The notes beneath the pieces are model-generated. The model was given only the letters and a program-made list of their open reading frames with translations. It had not been told where the DNA came from and ran no database searches. 64,000 bases of DNA from the human T2T-CHM13v2.0 reference genome, Homo sapiens. Below are positions 1 through 11,410 of the stretch, piece by piece. Numbering within the stretch: position 1 is the first letter of the stretch; every line of letters begins with the position of its first letter. The stretch is taken from assembly GCF_009914755.1 (NCBI RefSeq), contig NC_060934.1. One strand, given 5' to 3'. The position numbers and the translations under genes are program-made.

Positions 1-664
1 ATTCGTGCTTTCTGATTGTAGTCCTACAGGGTATTGGAAACACACGTATAATCATAAGATCATTACAAAAAAGACTGATTCATTTTAGCCCTCACCTCAT
101 TGTGGTGATACCAAGAGTATTTATCAGCCTTTCTGAATAATATTTATCCCACCTAAAGTGTATACAACAGATATTTTTCTGGTGAAACTAATGAATAAAT
201 ACATATTTCATTGACCACCTTTTGCCATGTACTTTCTCACCACTGACTCTAAACCACTACCCATATTTGTTGTTAGCACACAACAAAAGCACCATAGGAT
301 AATTACCCTGTCACTTAGGAAGCAACTGTAACTTCCTTGGTAATGGGATGTTGGTCTGTAGGTGCAATGCAGAAAGTTTCAGAAGACAGAATACTTGCTG
401 ATTAATATAAAGAAATGATGATGATTTCTTAAGGCAAATATGAATAGTTTCTAAAAATTAAGACCAATCAGAAATTAAGCCCATTTGTGGGAAAAGGCAA
501 GCTGCAAAATAAATGAACTGCAGAGAAACACTAATCCCATATTAGTTAGTCTTCTTACCTTCTCCCTATTAAATAATTTTTAAGCTGCCATCAAGAAGTC
601 AACATACTATGTGACATTTACCATATTTAATTAAAATTAAAGGAATAAGGGAGAGAGTACATAC

Positions 665-685
665 ATACACACACACACACACACT
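665..685. repeat. (CA)n microsatellite
   Basis: Direct reading: acacacacacacacacac. Confidence 0.9.
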
Positions 686-1584
686 CACAAACTGTAAATC
701 ACCAGAGAAACAGCCAAAAGGAAGGTAGCTAAAGGAAAAAGTAGAAGCTCTTGGGAGCCTGGATAATGCTGATCAACTGGGTAGATGACATCAGTAAAGT
801 GTAAATGCCAAAGTTTATCTAAAACCATCAGTAGATGAGGCGAAGTTGATTATATAAAATTGAAAACTATACTAAAGATCATTATTTTAATGACATACAA
901 AACTATAAATTTAAGAGATTCCTGAAGGAAGTGATTGGAATGAAACTGAATGAAAATCCATTCATAGAGATTTTTTTAAACCACGTCGGGTCAAAGAAAA
1001 GCAAGTTCATGGTAAGAAATCATCTTACACTGACAAGGGAGGGACGAATTTTCCTTTTAGCTTTTCCTAGATATGTTTGTTTCTTGTTGGTCAATTTTCA
1101 GTCTATGGAGTGTTTTATAGTGAGAAATTATTCAGCAAGCTATATGCTTGAGATTCTTTAATTCACTTCTCCTTTTACTGAACCAGACTGTATTCATAAA
1201 TCACTGAACCTTTGCCACCTTAGTTTTACATTTCAGCTCCAGTATAGTCTTGGGTGTTTTTGCTATTGTCCTAGTCAATTTTTAATTCTGTATGAATGCA
1301 GAAGGAAAGATATTTATCTCGAGTAAATGTCAAAAATTACATTTTGAATTAGCATGCTTTGAATTCCTGACCTGTTTTGACCTCTGTTTGTTCCATTTGT
1401 GATAGTATATTTGTGATTCAGATACAGTATTTGCAGAAAATCAAGTCTCTGAAAAGTTTCTGTTTTTTAAATGCATCTATAATTAGAGAAAGTTTACAAA
1501 TAGTTATATTTGAATGTCTTTAAAAAGCAAAGGCTTTCTGTAGACTTTTAAAAATATTTATGCTTCTACCCCAGATTTTTTTGA

Positions 1585-4500
1585 AAAAGCAGCATTATTG
1601 AGGTAATTAAGTAATTAACATACAATGAATTATACATATTTAGTGTGCACACCGTGATAAGTTTTGACATAATTCCTCCATTCCACCCTTTTTTGTTCCC
1701 ACCATGTACAAGCAACTACTGATCTACTATCAGTCACTAAATATTAGTTAGTAAACACTAAAATTGTACAGAAATGTAATCATACACTATGTGCTTTGTG
1801 TAAGTTTGTGTGTGTATGTGTAGGCTTCTTTCACTCAACATAAGTATTTTGGGATCCTTCCCATTGTAGCATTTATCAAGAGCTCATTCCTTTTTATTGC
1901 TGAGCAGTACTTCATTGTATATGGATATATCAGTTTGTTTATCCATTCGCCTATTGATGAACATTTAGGTTGTTTCCAGTTTGGGGCTATTGCGAAAGAA
2001 GCAGCTATGAACACTGTGTACATGTCTTTGTGTAGGCTTTTAGGTGTGGAATAGCTACGTCATATAGTAGGTATGCATTTAACTTTTTAAAGAAACTGCC
2101 AAGCCATCTCCCCAAGTAGTTACATGTTTTCAGAATCCTGCCCAGAATATAAAAGGGTCCCAGTTGTTTCATATTTTTGACAACTTCTGGTATGGCCAAT
2201 CTGTTTAATCTTATACTAATAGGTATGTAATAGAATCACATTATGGTTTTCATTTGCATTTCTTAATGTCTAATGATGGGACTTTTATTGGAATTGCTTT
2301 GAATCTATAGATCAATTCAGGAGATATAAAATTTTAATAATAATAATGAATCCTCTGAATCAAGAACACAGTATATTTCTCAACTTCTTTCAGAAACATG
2401 CCCTCACTTTTGTTATACAAGTCTTTTACTTCTTTGTCAAATTTTTCTCTATTTCATATTTTAATGCTATTGTAAATATTTTTATTTCAATTTCTGATTA
2501 TTCATTGCTAGTATATAAAAATAAAATAGACTTTTAATAGTGTGTTTTTATCCTGCAAACTTAGTAAGCTTATTAGTTCAAGAAATTTTTTTGCGTATTT
2601 CCTCTGGTTTGCTGCATAATCACTTATCTGCGAATAAAGACAATTTTACTTATTTCGTCTCCATTTGGATGTTTTCTTTCTTTTCCTTTATTACTATAGA
2701 ACCACTATTACAATGTTACATAGAAGTGATAAAAGTCTGGTACCCGATCTTGCTTGCAACTAATCTCAGGGGGAAAGCATTTAGTCTTTCACAATTTTGT
2801 ATCACGTTAACAATAGGTTTTTAGTATGTGCTCTTTATTCATTTTAGTAAGTTACCTTAAACTCCTAGTTTTCTAAGAATTTTTCTCAAGAATAAATAAT
2901 GAATATTTTTCAATGCTTTTTCCACATCCATTGACATGATTATGTAGTTTTTCTTTTTAGCTTGTTTTAATGCTTACACTGATTTTTCTAATGTTAAAAG
3001 AATCTTGCATTCTTTGTATAAATCCTATTTGGTTATAATTCAGTATCTCTTTTAAGTATTGATGCATTCAATTTGCAAAAAGTACTCATTAAAACTTTGC
3101 ATTCTCATCATGAAAAATATTGATTTGTAGTTTTTCTTTCCTTGTAATGTCTTCGGCTGAGTTTGTGTCAGGATAATACTGGCTTTACAAAATGAGGGGG
3201 AAATATTCACTCCTCTATTCGATGTGAGTTTTGTAATGCTGGTATTTTTTTTTTCTTAAATGTTTGGTAGAATTCACCAGTGAAGCTATCTGGACTAGAG
3301 GCTCTTCTTGTACCATAGAAGTTTTTAGCTACAGTTTCAATTTCTCTAATAGATATAGGCTATTCAGGTTAGCTATCTGTTCTTGTGTGAGATTTGGTAG
3401 TTTGTGTGAATTTGTTCATTTTATGTTAAATATATTGGCATAAAGTTATTCATAGTATTCTCTTAATATTCTTTTCATAAATTTAAGATCTCTACTGATA
3501 TTACCCCTTCACTTCTAATATGGGTAATTTGTGGTTTCTGTCTTTTGTATATGTATGTGTGAAGAGTCTGACCAGAGATTTATCAATTTATCTTCTTATA
3601 GAATCATTTTTTGGTTTTAATTTTTTTCTATTGTGTTTATGTTTTCTGTTGCCTTGATTTGCACTCTTATTATATCCTTTCTTCTATTAATTTTTGGGTT
3701 GAATTTGCTCTTTTTTTTTAGTTTCCTAATGTAGAAAATGAGATTACTAACTTGACACTTTTCTTTATAATATAGGTGATCAATGCTGTAAATTTGTCCT
3801 AAGTATGATTTTGGCAGCATCTGACAAATGTTGTTATGCTGAGTTTTAACTCTTATGGCTTTTGATCTCTTCCTTGTCTCATAGGTTATTTATAAGTATG
3901 CAATTTACTTTCAAATATTTATGGTTTCCCCAGATATCTTCCTGTTATTGATTTCTAATTTAATTCCATTAGTGTGAGAGAACATACTTTGTATGCCTTG
4001 AATTCTTTTAAATTTATTGAAATGTATTTTTTTTACCCAGAATATGGTCTACTTTGGTAATGGTCCATTTAAATTTCTTTAAATGTGTAATCATCTGTTA
4101 TTGGATAAATTACTTCCATAAATGTCAATTAGGTCTTTGGGTCGATTGTGTTGTTGCATCTTCAATTTAGTTGATTGTGTTGTTATATTCTTACTGATTT
4201 TCTATCTCCTTGGCCTATCAATTATTAAAATAATGGCACTAACATATCCAACTATCATTGTGAATTTGTATGTTTCTCTTTATAATTTTTTTCTCTTGAC
4301 TTTGAAAGCTCTATTGTTAGGTAAGTAAAAATTTAAGAATATTACATATTCTTGATTAATTGACCTACTTCTCATTATAAAATGATCTCTTCATCTCTGA
4401 TAATATTATTTTCTTTGAAATCTACTTTGTCTGATATAAATACAGCCCTAAGACTTTATATTGCTTATGGTATTACATCCTTTTACTTTTAACCTCTTTG

Positions 4501-5330
4501 TGTTTTTATATTTGATACATGTTTCTTATAAAAAGATTTTTTATTCAATCTATCTTTACCTATTAATTAGTAAACATAGATTATGTGATTTACTCTGATT
4601 ATTTATATAGTTGTGTTTATATATTTCATCTGTTATTTGTTTTCTAATTCATCTCTTCTAACCTTCGTTCCCATTTTCCTTTTTATCTGCCTTCTCTTGG
4701 ATTAATTGAAAAATTTTATGATTATATATCTCATTCGTTTTCTTAATTGTTGCTTTACAGTGTATAGTATACATCTTTGGCTTATCATTGTTGACCTTCA
4801 AGTGATATTATGAAACTTCATGTTCAGTTAGTATATATACCTTAAAATAATATGCTTTAATTCTAAGTTTGTGATTTTTGTCATACATTTTACTTTTACA
4901 TATGTTATAAACCCCATATTACAATGCTATAATTTTTGTTTAAGCAATTTTTTACACTCTAAATAAATTCTTAAAAGAATAAAATATCTGATATGATTAC
5001 ACATGCAGTTTCCATCTCTAATGCTCTTTGTTATTTTGTGCACATTCATATTTCTATTTGTTATTTTTCTTCTGTCTGAAAGACTTTCTGTCAGATATCT
5101 TGTAGTACAGATGAGCTGGAGGTGAATATTTTTGCTTTCATTTGTCTTTTGAAAAGACTTTATTGCACCTTCATTTTCTGAAAATATTTTTTTACTGGAT
5201 ATAGAATTCTAGCTGGATAGTTTTTTCTTCCTTCAATACTTAACAATTTTGCATCATTCTTTTCTCATTTACATTTTTTGCAACCAGAAGTCTGTTGTCA
5301 TCTTTATCTTTTTTCCTCTGTATGCACTGC
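1585..5330 (-). mobile_element. Old L1M LINE-1 fragment(s): 3' UTR and degraded ORF2
   Basis: Minus-strand ORF 1835-2023 (FIAASFAIAPNWKQPKCSSIGEWINKL) matches the L1 ORF2 C-terminal motif. T-rich antisense L1 sequence continues to about 5330. Confidence 0.8.
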
Positions 5331-5339
5331 CTTTTGTTC

Positions 5340-6240
5340 GTATTCATTTGCATATTTATTGGGTAGCTTTCATGTGCCTGACACTATTTTAGGTATTGGG
5401 GTTACAAAAATAAGCAGACAAAATTGCTGCCTTCATGGAACTCACATTCTACTGATGGAGACCGACAAAGAAGAGCATATAAAAGATTTTGGTTAGCAAT
5501 ATGAAGTATAGTTGGGTGGCCAGAAAAGACCTCACTGAAAAGGCAAGTTTTAAATAAAGACTTGAAGAAAAAGAGAATCTACAGAATTGGGGTGTGTAGG
5601 TAGTTGGGAACATTCCAAGCAGAAAGAAAAGAAAGCAAAAGTTCTGACATAGGACTATTCCTGGCATATTTGAATAGCAAAGGGTCAATGTGGCTAGAGT
5701 GGAGAGAACAATACGGAGGATAAAAAGGACATGGGGAATCAGATCTTAGAGTCTGGTAGGTAACAGTAAGAGACTTGGATGTTTCTGTGACTGACATAGA
5801 AAGCTGCTCATTAGACATGATCTGGCTTATGTTTTATCAAGATCATCCTGGCTTTAGCATTGAGGATTGACTAGAGAAGGTCAGGGACAGAGAAGGGAAA
5901 CCATCTAACAAGCTGTTGCAATCATCTAGGCAAAAGGTGACTGTGACGGGCATTTGGGTGGTTAAATTCTGGCTTTATTCTAAATGGAAAGCCTACAAAT
6001 CAGATGTAGGGTGGATAAAAAGAGTGGCCTCAAGGATAACACCAAGAATTTTGGCCTGAGACAGTGAAATAATGGAAAGAAACTGGTGTAGGGAGAATAT
6101 TAGCAAGATTCTATTTGGACAAGTTGAGTTAGAGATATCTTTGGTTATCTAAGTAGAGAAGTCAAATAGGCTGCCAAGTTCAAAAGAGTCTTTATTAGAG
6201 ACATAAATCTGGAGTCATTATCATATAGATAATAATTGAA
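5340..6240 (-). mobile_element. L2 LINE fragment
   Basis: Antisense L2 3'-end motif (ttcatttgcatatttattgg...catgtgcctgacactattttagg) followed by purine-rich L2 body. Confidence 0.75.
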
Positions 6241-6419
6241 TAAATGTAACTAGAAAGTAAGGAAAAAAATTTTTTCTAACCTTTGAGGTTAATTGGAGGT
6301 GATTCAAAATACCTGTTATTATCATCACAGAGTAAAAGGGCAATCTGCAGAATGGGACAAAATACTTGTCTTTTGGAAGAAGGCATTTGTAATGTTTTCT
6401 TCATATACTTTTTAAAGGT

Positions 6420-6690
6420 TTTCTCTGTGAACTGTTTGATTATGATGTGGTATTGTTTCAGAACTTGGTGTCGTTTTGTTCATGTTTCTGTTTACATTTA
6501 TTTTACTTTGTGATCACTGGGTTTATTAAACATATGAGTTTAAATTTTCTGTCAATTTTGGAAAAATAGTTGCTTATTATTTCTTCAACTTTTCTTATTT
6601 TGCACCTCTCTATCTTCTTCTTCAGGTACTCAAACTATAGGTATATTGTGTCACTTGAAGTTGTCCCACAACTATACTCTGTTTTTTTAA
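6420..6690 (-). mobile_element. Old L1M fragment, probably continuing the upstream L1
   Basis: L1M-like antisense motifs (tttgattatgatgtg...ttttggaaaa...tattatttcttcaa). Confidence 0.5.
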
Positions 6691-6699
6691 AAAAAAAAT

Positions 6700-6936
6700 T
6701 CTCTGAATAACATCTTCCAAATATGTTTAAGCTCTAATACTTGAAACCTGTGAATATTGCCTTACATGGCAAAAGAGACTTGGCAAAGTGATTAAGACTC
6801 TTAATATGGGAAGATTATCCTGAATTATCTGGATAAACCCTAAATACAACACAAGTGTCTTCATAAGAGAGATGCAGAAAGAGACTTCACACATGAGACG
6901 AAGGCAACGTGGTCATCGAAGCAAGATGCTATGCTG
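6700..6936 (+). mobile_element. MLT1 (MaLR) LTR 5' fragment
   Basis: Motifs aacctgtgaatattgccttacatggcaaaagagacttg and agattatcctgaattatctgg. Confidence 0.75.
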
Positions 6937-7089
6937 CAAACATCAACATGACATTTGGAGGGATGAAACACATGAAATATTATGATACATATATATGTGT
7001 GTATATATATATATATATATGGCACATAATATATTAAAAGTGTCTAGTTTCTAATAGGAAAAAGTTTCAGCAATCTCAAAGCGATTCTT

Positions 7090-7240
7090 TATGTATGTGT
7101 GTGTATAGATAGATGGACAGACAGACAGACAGACAGATAGAATAGGTAGATAGATGATACACACATACACACATAGAGATATATAGATATATGTATATCT
7201 CTTATTGGTTCTGTCCCTCTGGGGAACCCTGACTAATAAG
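7090..7240 (+). mobile_element. MLT2 (ERVL) LTR 3' end with simple repeats
   Basis: tattggttctgtccctctggggaaccctgactaata is the MLT2 terminal motif, preceded by TAGA/CAGA/TA repeats. Confidence 0.75.
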
Positions 7241-7274
7241 CTTCTCTATATTTTGCAGGATAAAGTAAACATAA

Positions 7275-8055
7275 TGTCTTAGTCTGTTGTGTTGCTATAA
7301 AGTAATACCTGAGGCTTGGTAATTCATGAAGAAAAAGGGATTATTTAGCTTACAGTTCTGCAGGCTGTATAAGAAGCTTGGTGCAATCTCCTCAGGGATT
7401 GAGTAAACTGTTTCTATTGTACAATATGCCTATTCAATCATTTCTTCTAAAGTCAGCTCCCTTCTCCTTCAATCCTTCTTCATCCTGCTTCACATCCCTC
7501 TTAAGCTTGGGATAACATTATGTATCCAATGTTTTCTTAGGAAGGAAGAGAAAATGTTCATGTATCAGAGAGTGATAGAAAAACGCCTGTAATCCCAGCA
7601 CTATGGGAGGCCAAGGTGGGAGGATTGCTTGAGCTCAGGAGTTCAAGACCAACCTGGGCAAGGTAGTGAGACCCCATCTCTAAAAATAAGTAAGGCAGGG
7701 CCTTACTGACAAGGCCATCTGGTGAGGCCCTCAAGCTGCTTCCACTTATGGCAGAAAGAAAAGAGCAGCCAGCATGTCCAGAGATCACATGGTGAGAGAA
7801 AAAGCAAGAGAGAAGAATAGGGCAAATGCTAGGCTTTTTTTGTAGCAACCAGTTCTTGGAGGAACTGTCATGAGAATTAGTAAAGCAAAAACTTGCTTAG
7901 TCCTCCCCTCCCAGGGAGAGCATTAATGAAGGATTCACTATTCATAAAGGGTCTACCTCCATCTCCCAAACACTTCCCATTAAGCCCCACCTGCAACATT
8001 GGGAATCAAACATCAACATGAGATTTGGAGGGGTCAAACAAACCAAAGTATAGCA
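7275..8055 (-). mobile_element. MST-type MaLR solo LTR interrupted by a ~330-bp insert
   Basis: Ends TGTCTTAGTC...TATAGCA; perfect 5-bp TSD CATAA (7270-7274 / 8056-8060); MST internal motifs; insert at about 7392-7717. Confidence 0.85.
7583..7688 (+). mobile_element. FLAM/Alu left-monomer fragment (duplicated copy)
   Basis: gcctgtaatcccagcact...ggaggattgcttgagctcaggagttcaagacc. Confidence 0.85.
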
Positions 8056-9728
8056 CATAATGTATTAAAAGTGTCTGTTTTTCTAAAAGGAAAAAGCTTC
8101 AGCAATCTCAAGGCCATCCTTCCTCTTGGCAATACACATGTATTTTTAAGTGGCATTATGAAGATATTATTATTTGTACTGAAAAGCCCACAGCAGATAT
8201 TTTAGGGATAGCTCAGAATTTTAACCCAAACAGGGAAAGTGTATGGGTGTTTTTTTTAAAGGCTTGTGGATTAGATACTAGGAGAAAACAAAGCCTCGGG
8301 CATCCTTTAAACAGCATAAGGTAGAACCTTCCTAAACTGCCTGTAACTAGACTTGAATGATAAAACAATGTCTCTGAAAAAAATTGAGTCAGACTAAAAA
8401 TTAATCAGGTAAATCAGACTTTAGGAGATAAAGAATTGTATTGATAGACAAAAAAGCAGTAGAAAAGGTGAAATTATCTTTTGTTTCATTAAAGACAGTG
8501 CTCATGTCTTTTTACCAGGTGGGTATCAAAAACAAATGAAATATCATGGCTTCAAATATATGTTTCTTCACTGCACGATTAACCTAAACCTCAAGGTTGA
8601 AACTTCCAGCAAGGTTTTCTTTTGGAAACTCATAACTATTTCAAACATTAGATATTAAAAATTTAAAACTAACCATAACTCTTTACCCAGATCAATAAAA
8701 TAACAGTTGACTTCAATTAACCTCTTTCCAGTCTTTTCACCCTAGTCATGTTCTTTGTAGAACATTGATAGTTGGCTTTGCAGAAACAGAACAGTCCTGT
8801 CTTTTCAGATATGCTTTCTTTCCCAGTTATTTTTAAATGGGAAGATAATTGCTGCAATAGTTTAGAACTAAAGGTACACTTGAAATTAAAAAAAAAAGGC
8901 AGTTGCTAAGAATCAATTAAGTTTACTCTCTCTAGCTATGCAATAAGCCAGAAATTAATGGGTGAGGTTAAGCCAAGGATAAAAAAGCAGAAGTCAAGAC
9001 TTCACAAGGATGCCTTTCCTGGGATTGTCAGCCATCGGTAGGTAGTGCTAGTTGTTGGCCGGCCCCTTCCTCCTACACTCTGTTAATTGTTTACATTAAC
9101 TCCACCCCACTACTGCCCATTTCCAGCTTCCAGTATACTTGTTTTCTATGCCTGCTTCCCCTTTAATAATTCAATACTGTCCCCATGTAAGGGGCTCTCT
9201 CTTCATATGATATTTCTGTCATCAGCTCTAAAGCTCATGCTACAATTGAAATTAAATCTCTAATCAAGTTATTTATTTAAATTCCCCTCTAACTTTTCCA
9301 AAATAATAAAGGCCACTACTCCTGTTCAAGCAGCAGGCTTTAATTTCATTTTAATTACCTTCAGAGCCTTTCATTCAGGGAAACTTTCACTTGGTTATCA
9401 CATAATTCATTCTCTTGCTGCATTAATTGATAGATCCTAATTATTTATTTTGCTCAGTAGCCTGTTAACTTTCAAAGCTATTTTTAGTCTCTGCTATTTT
9501 GGATTCACTTGAAATTTCTTCAGGGATTGAGGAAAATATTTCTATTGTACAATGTGCATATTCAACCATTTCTTCTAAAGTCAGCTCCCTTCTCCTTCAA
9601 TCCTTCTTTTCTTCATCCTCCCTCACACACCTCTTAAGTTTGGGGTAACATTATGTATTCAATGTTTTCTTAGGAAGGAAGACAAAATGTTCATGTATCA
9701 ATGTCTGCAATAGAGAGAAATAGATCAA

Positions 9729-9850
9729 GGTCTGTAATACCAGAACTTTGGGAGGAAAAGGTGGGAGGACTGCTTGAGCTCAGGAGTTCCAGACCAGCCT
9801 GGGCAACATAGTGAGACTCTATCTCTAAAAATACTGTAAAAAAGTAAAAA
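9729..9850 (+). mobile_element. FLAM/Alu left monomer
   Basis: tctgtaataccagaactttgggagg...gagctcaggagttccagaccagcctgggcaacatagtgagac plus A-rich tail. Confidence 0.85.
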
Positions 9851-10209
9851 CAGACTTTGCATCTAAAAGCCTCCTGTTTTTCGAATGATGACTTCAGTGA
9901 ATAGTGAAAATGAAAACTAAAATAAGGCAAATAATCTGATGCCCAAAGCACAGATGCTATTTCAAAATCTATAGAGAAATAAATTTTATCAGTAACTACA
10001 AGTTATAAAAGTACATGTAATTTTGTTCCATATTAGAAGCCTTGAAATTACTTTCAAATTGTTATGAGAAAGAAATATTCTATAATCTTTTAAAGATGAT
10101 TTAAATACATTTTTATAAATATATCATTTTATTTTTTCCTTTATACCTTTAAATAAAAACTGTGTGTGTGTGTCTGTCTGTTCATAGCTATCACATAATA
10201 TTGCAATTT

Positions 10210-10961
10210 TGAAATGGGAGAGTTCCTTGACCCCCTTGCAGGATTTGTGACAGGGGTGTGGCTCACTTGCTCAGACACTGTGTGCTTAAATCCCTTTTGG
10301 GAGGCGGAGCTTGCAGACGGATAGGTGCAGCAGCCTGGGTGAGTGCTTTTGGGATCCAGCTCATGTTAACATCTCGGGGTGTGTTACAATTAATGCTCTT
10401 TTAGCAGTTGCTGTTCGCAGACAGCTAAGTGTTAAACCAGCTCAGTGGAGGGTCAGGGTAATAGCCTTTTGCACCCTGCCCCCTTGGTACCAAGGTCCAG
10501 GAGGAATCAGGTCACACACATACTTGAAGTATGGTGAATGTAGGGATTTTATCGAGTGTTGGAGGTGGCTCTTAGTGGAATGGATGGGGAGCTGGAAAGG
10601 GGATGGAGTGGGAAGATGATCTTCCCCTGGAGCTTGGCCATCCCACAGCCAATCTCCTCTCCAACAGTCCCCAACCAAAGTCCTCTTGACATTTAGTCAC
10701 TCCTCTTCTCTCCTTCTCTGCTGTGTTGCTCTGCCACTCTGCTGCTCTTCTGCTCCTTGCTCATCTGCTTGTGGAGCCTGGGGTTTGGGGTTTATATGGG
10801 GGCAGGATAGGGGAACATAGTGGGCCAAAAGGCAACATTTGAGTGCAAAAACAGGAATGCCTGTTCTCACTTAGGATCTTGGCTTCCAGGCTTGAGGGTG
10901 GGGCCTTTGCCAAAGAACCACCATCTTCTACCCAGTATTTCCCTGCCTCCCATCCATATAT
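10210..10961 (-). mobile_element. Solo ERV1 LTR, LTR1/LTR27/LTR28-like
   Basis: Minus strand starts ...ggcagggaaatactgggtagaag...gcaaaggccccaccctcaagcctgg, as recalled for the LTR1 family; 4-bp TSD ATTT (10206-10209 / 10962-10965). Confidence 0.8.
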
Positions 10962-11164
10962 ATTTCTTGTATTACATGTGTAATGTGTGTGACATGAACT
11001 AAGGGCTTGCATTTGCTTGTGAACTTCATCTTCCTCTTCCACAGCAAATGTGCAATGGATGTTTGCTCTTATTACCTCCTCATTCTACTTTTCAGTTTCC
11101 CAGTGATCCCCCCGTGTCATGGTGGCTACCCACCCCTCAACACCACTCAGATAAGAGGAATAAT

Positions 11165-11410
11165 AATAATTGTTTATATAGAACACATCTTGTGTCAGAC
11201 ACTCTCCTACATATTCTTTAATCCTCACAACCATCTTATGAAATTGGCACTATTATCATCCCCATTATCCCCATTTTGCAGATAAAGGAAGAAGCCACAG
11301 AGTGGCTAAGTAAGCTGCCCAAAGTAATACAACAGCAGGCTGCAGAAGTAGAACTTGAATCCAGGTGTCTGGGTCTCTGAGCCTGCTCTCTGTAACCATT
11401 ACACTGTCCC
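11165..11410 (-). mobile_element. MIR SINE
   Basis: tttaatcctcacaacc...cccattttgcagataaagga...aagtaagctgcccaaagt core. Confidence 0.8.
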
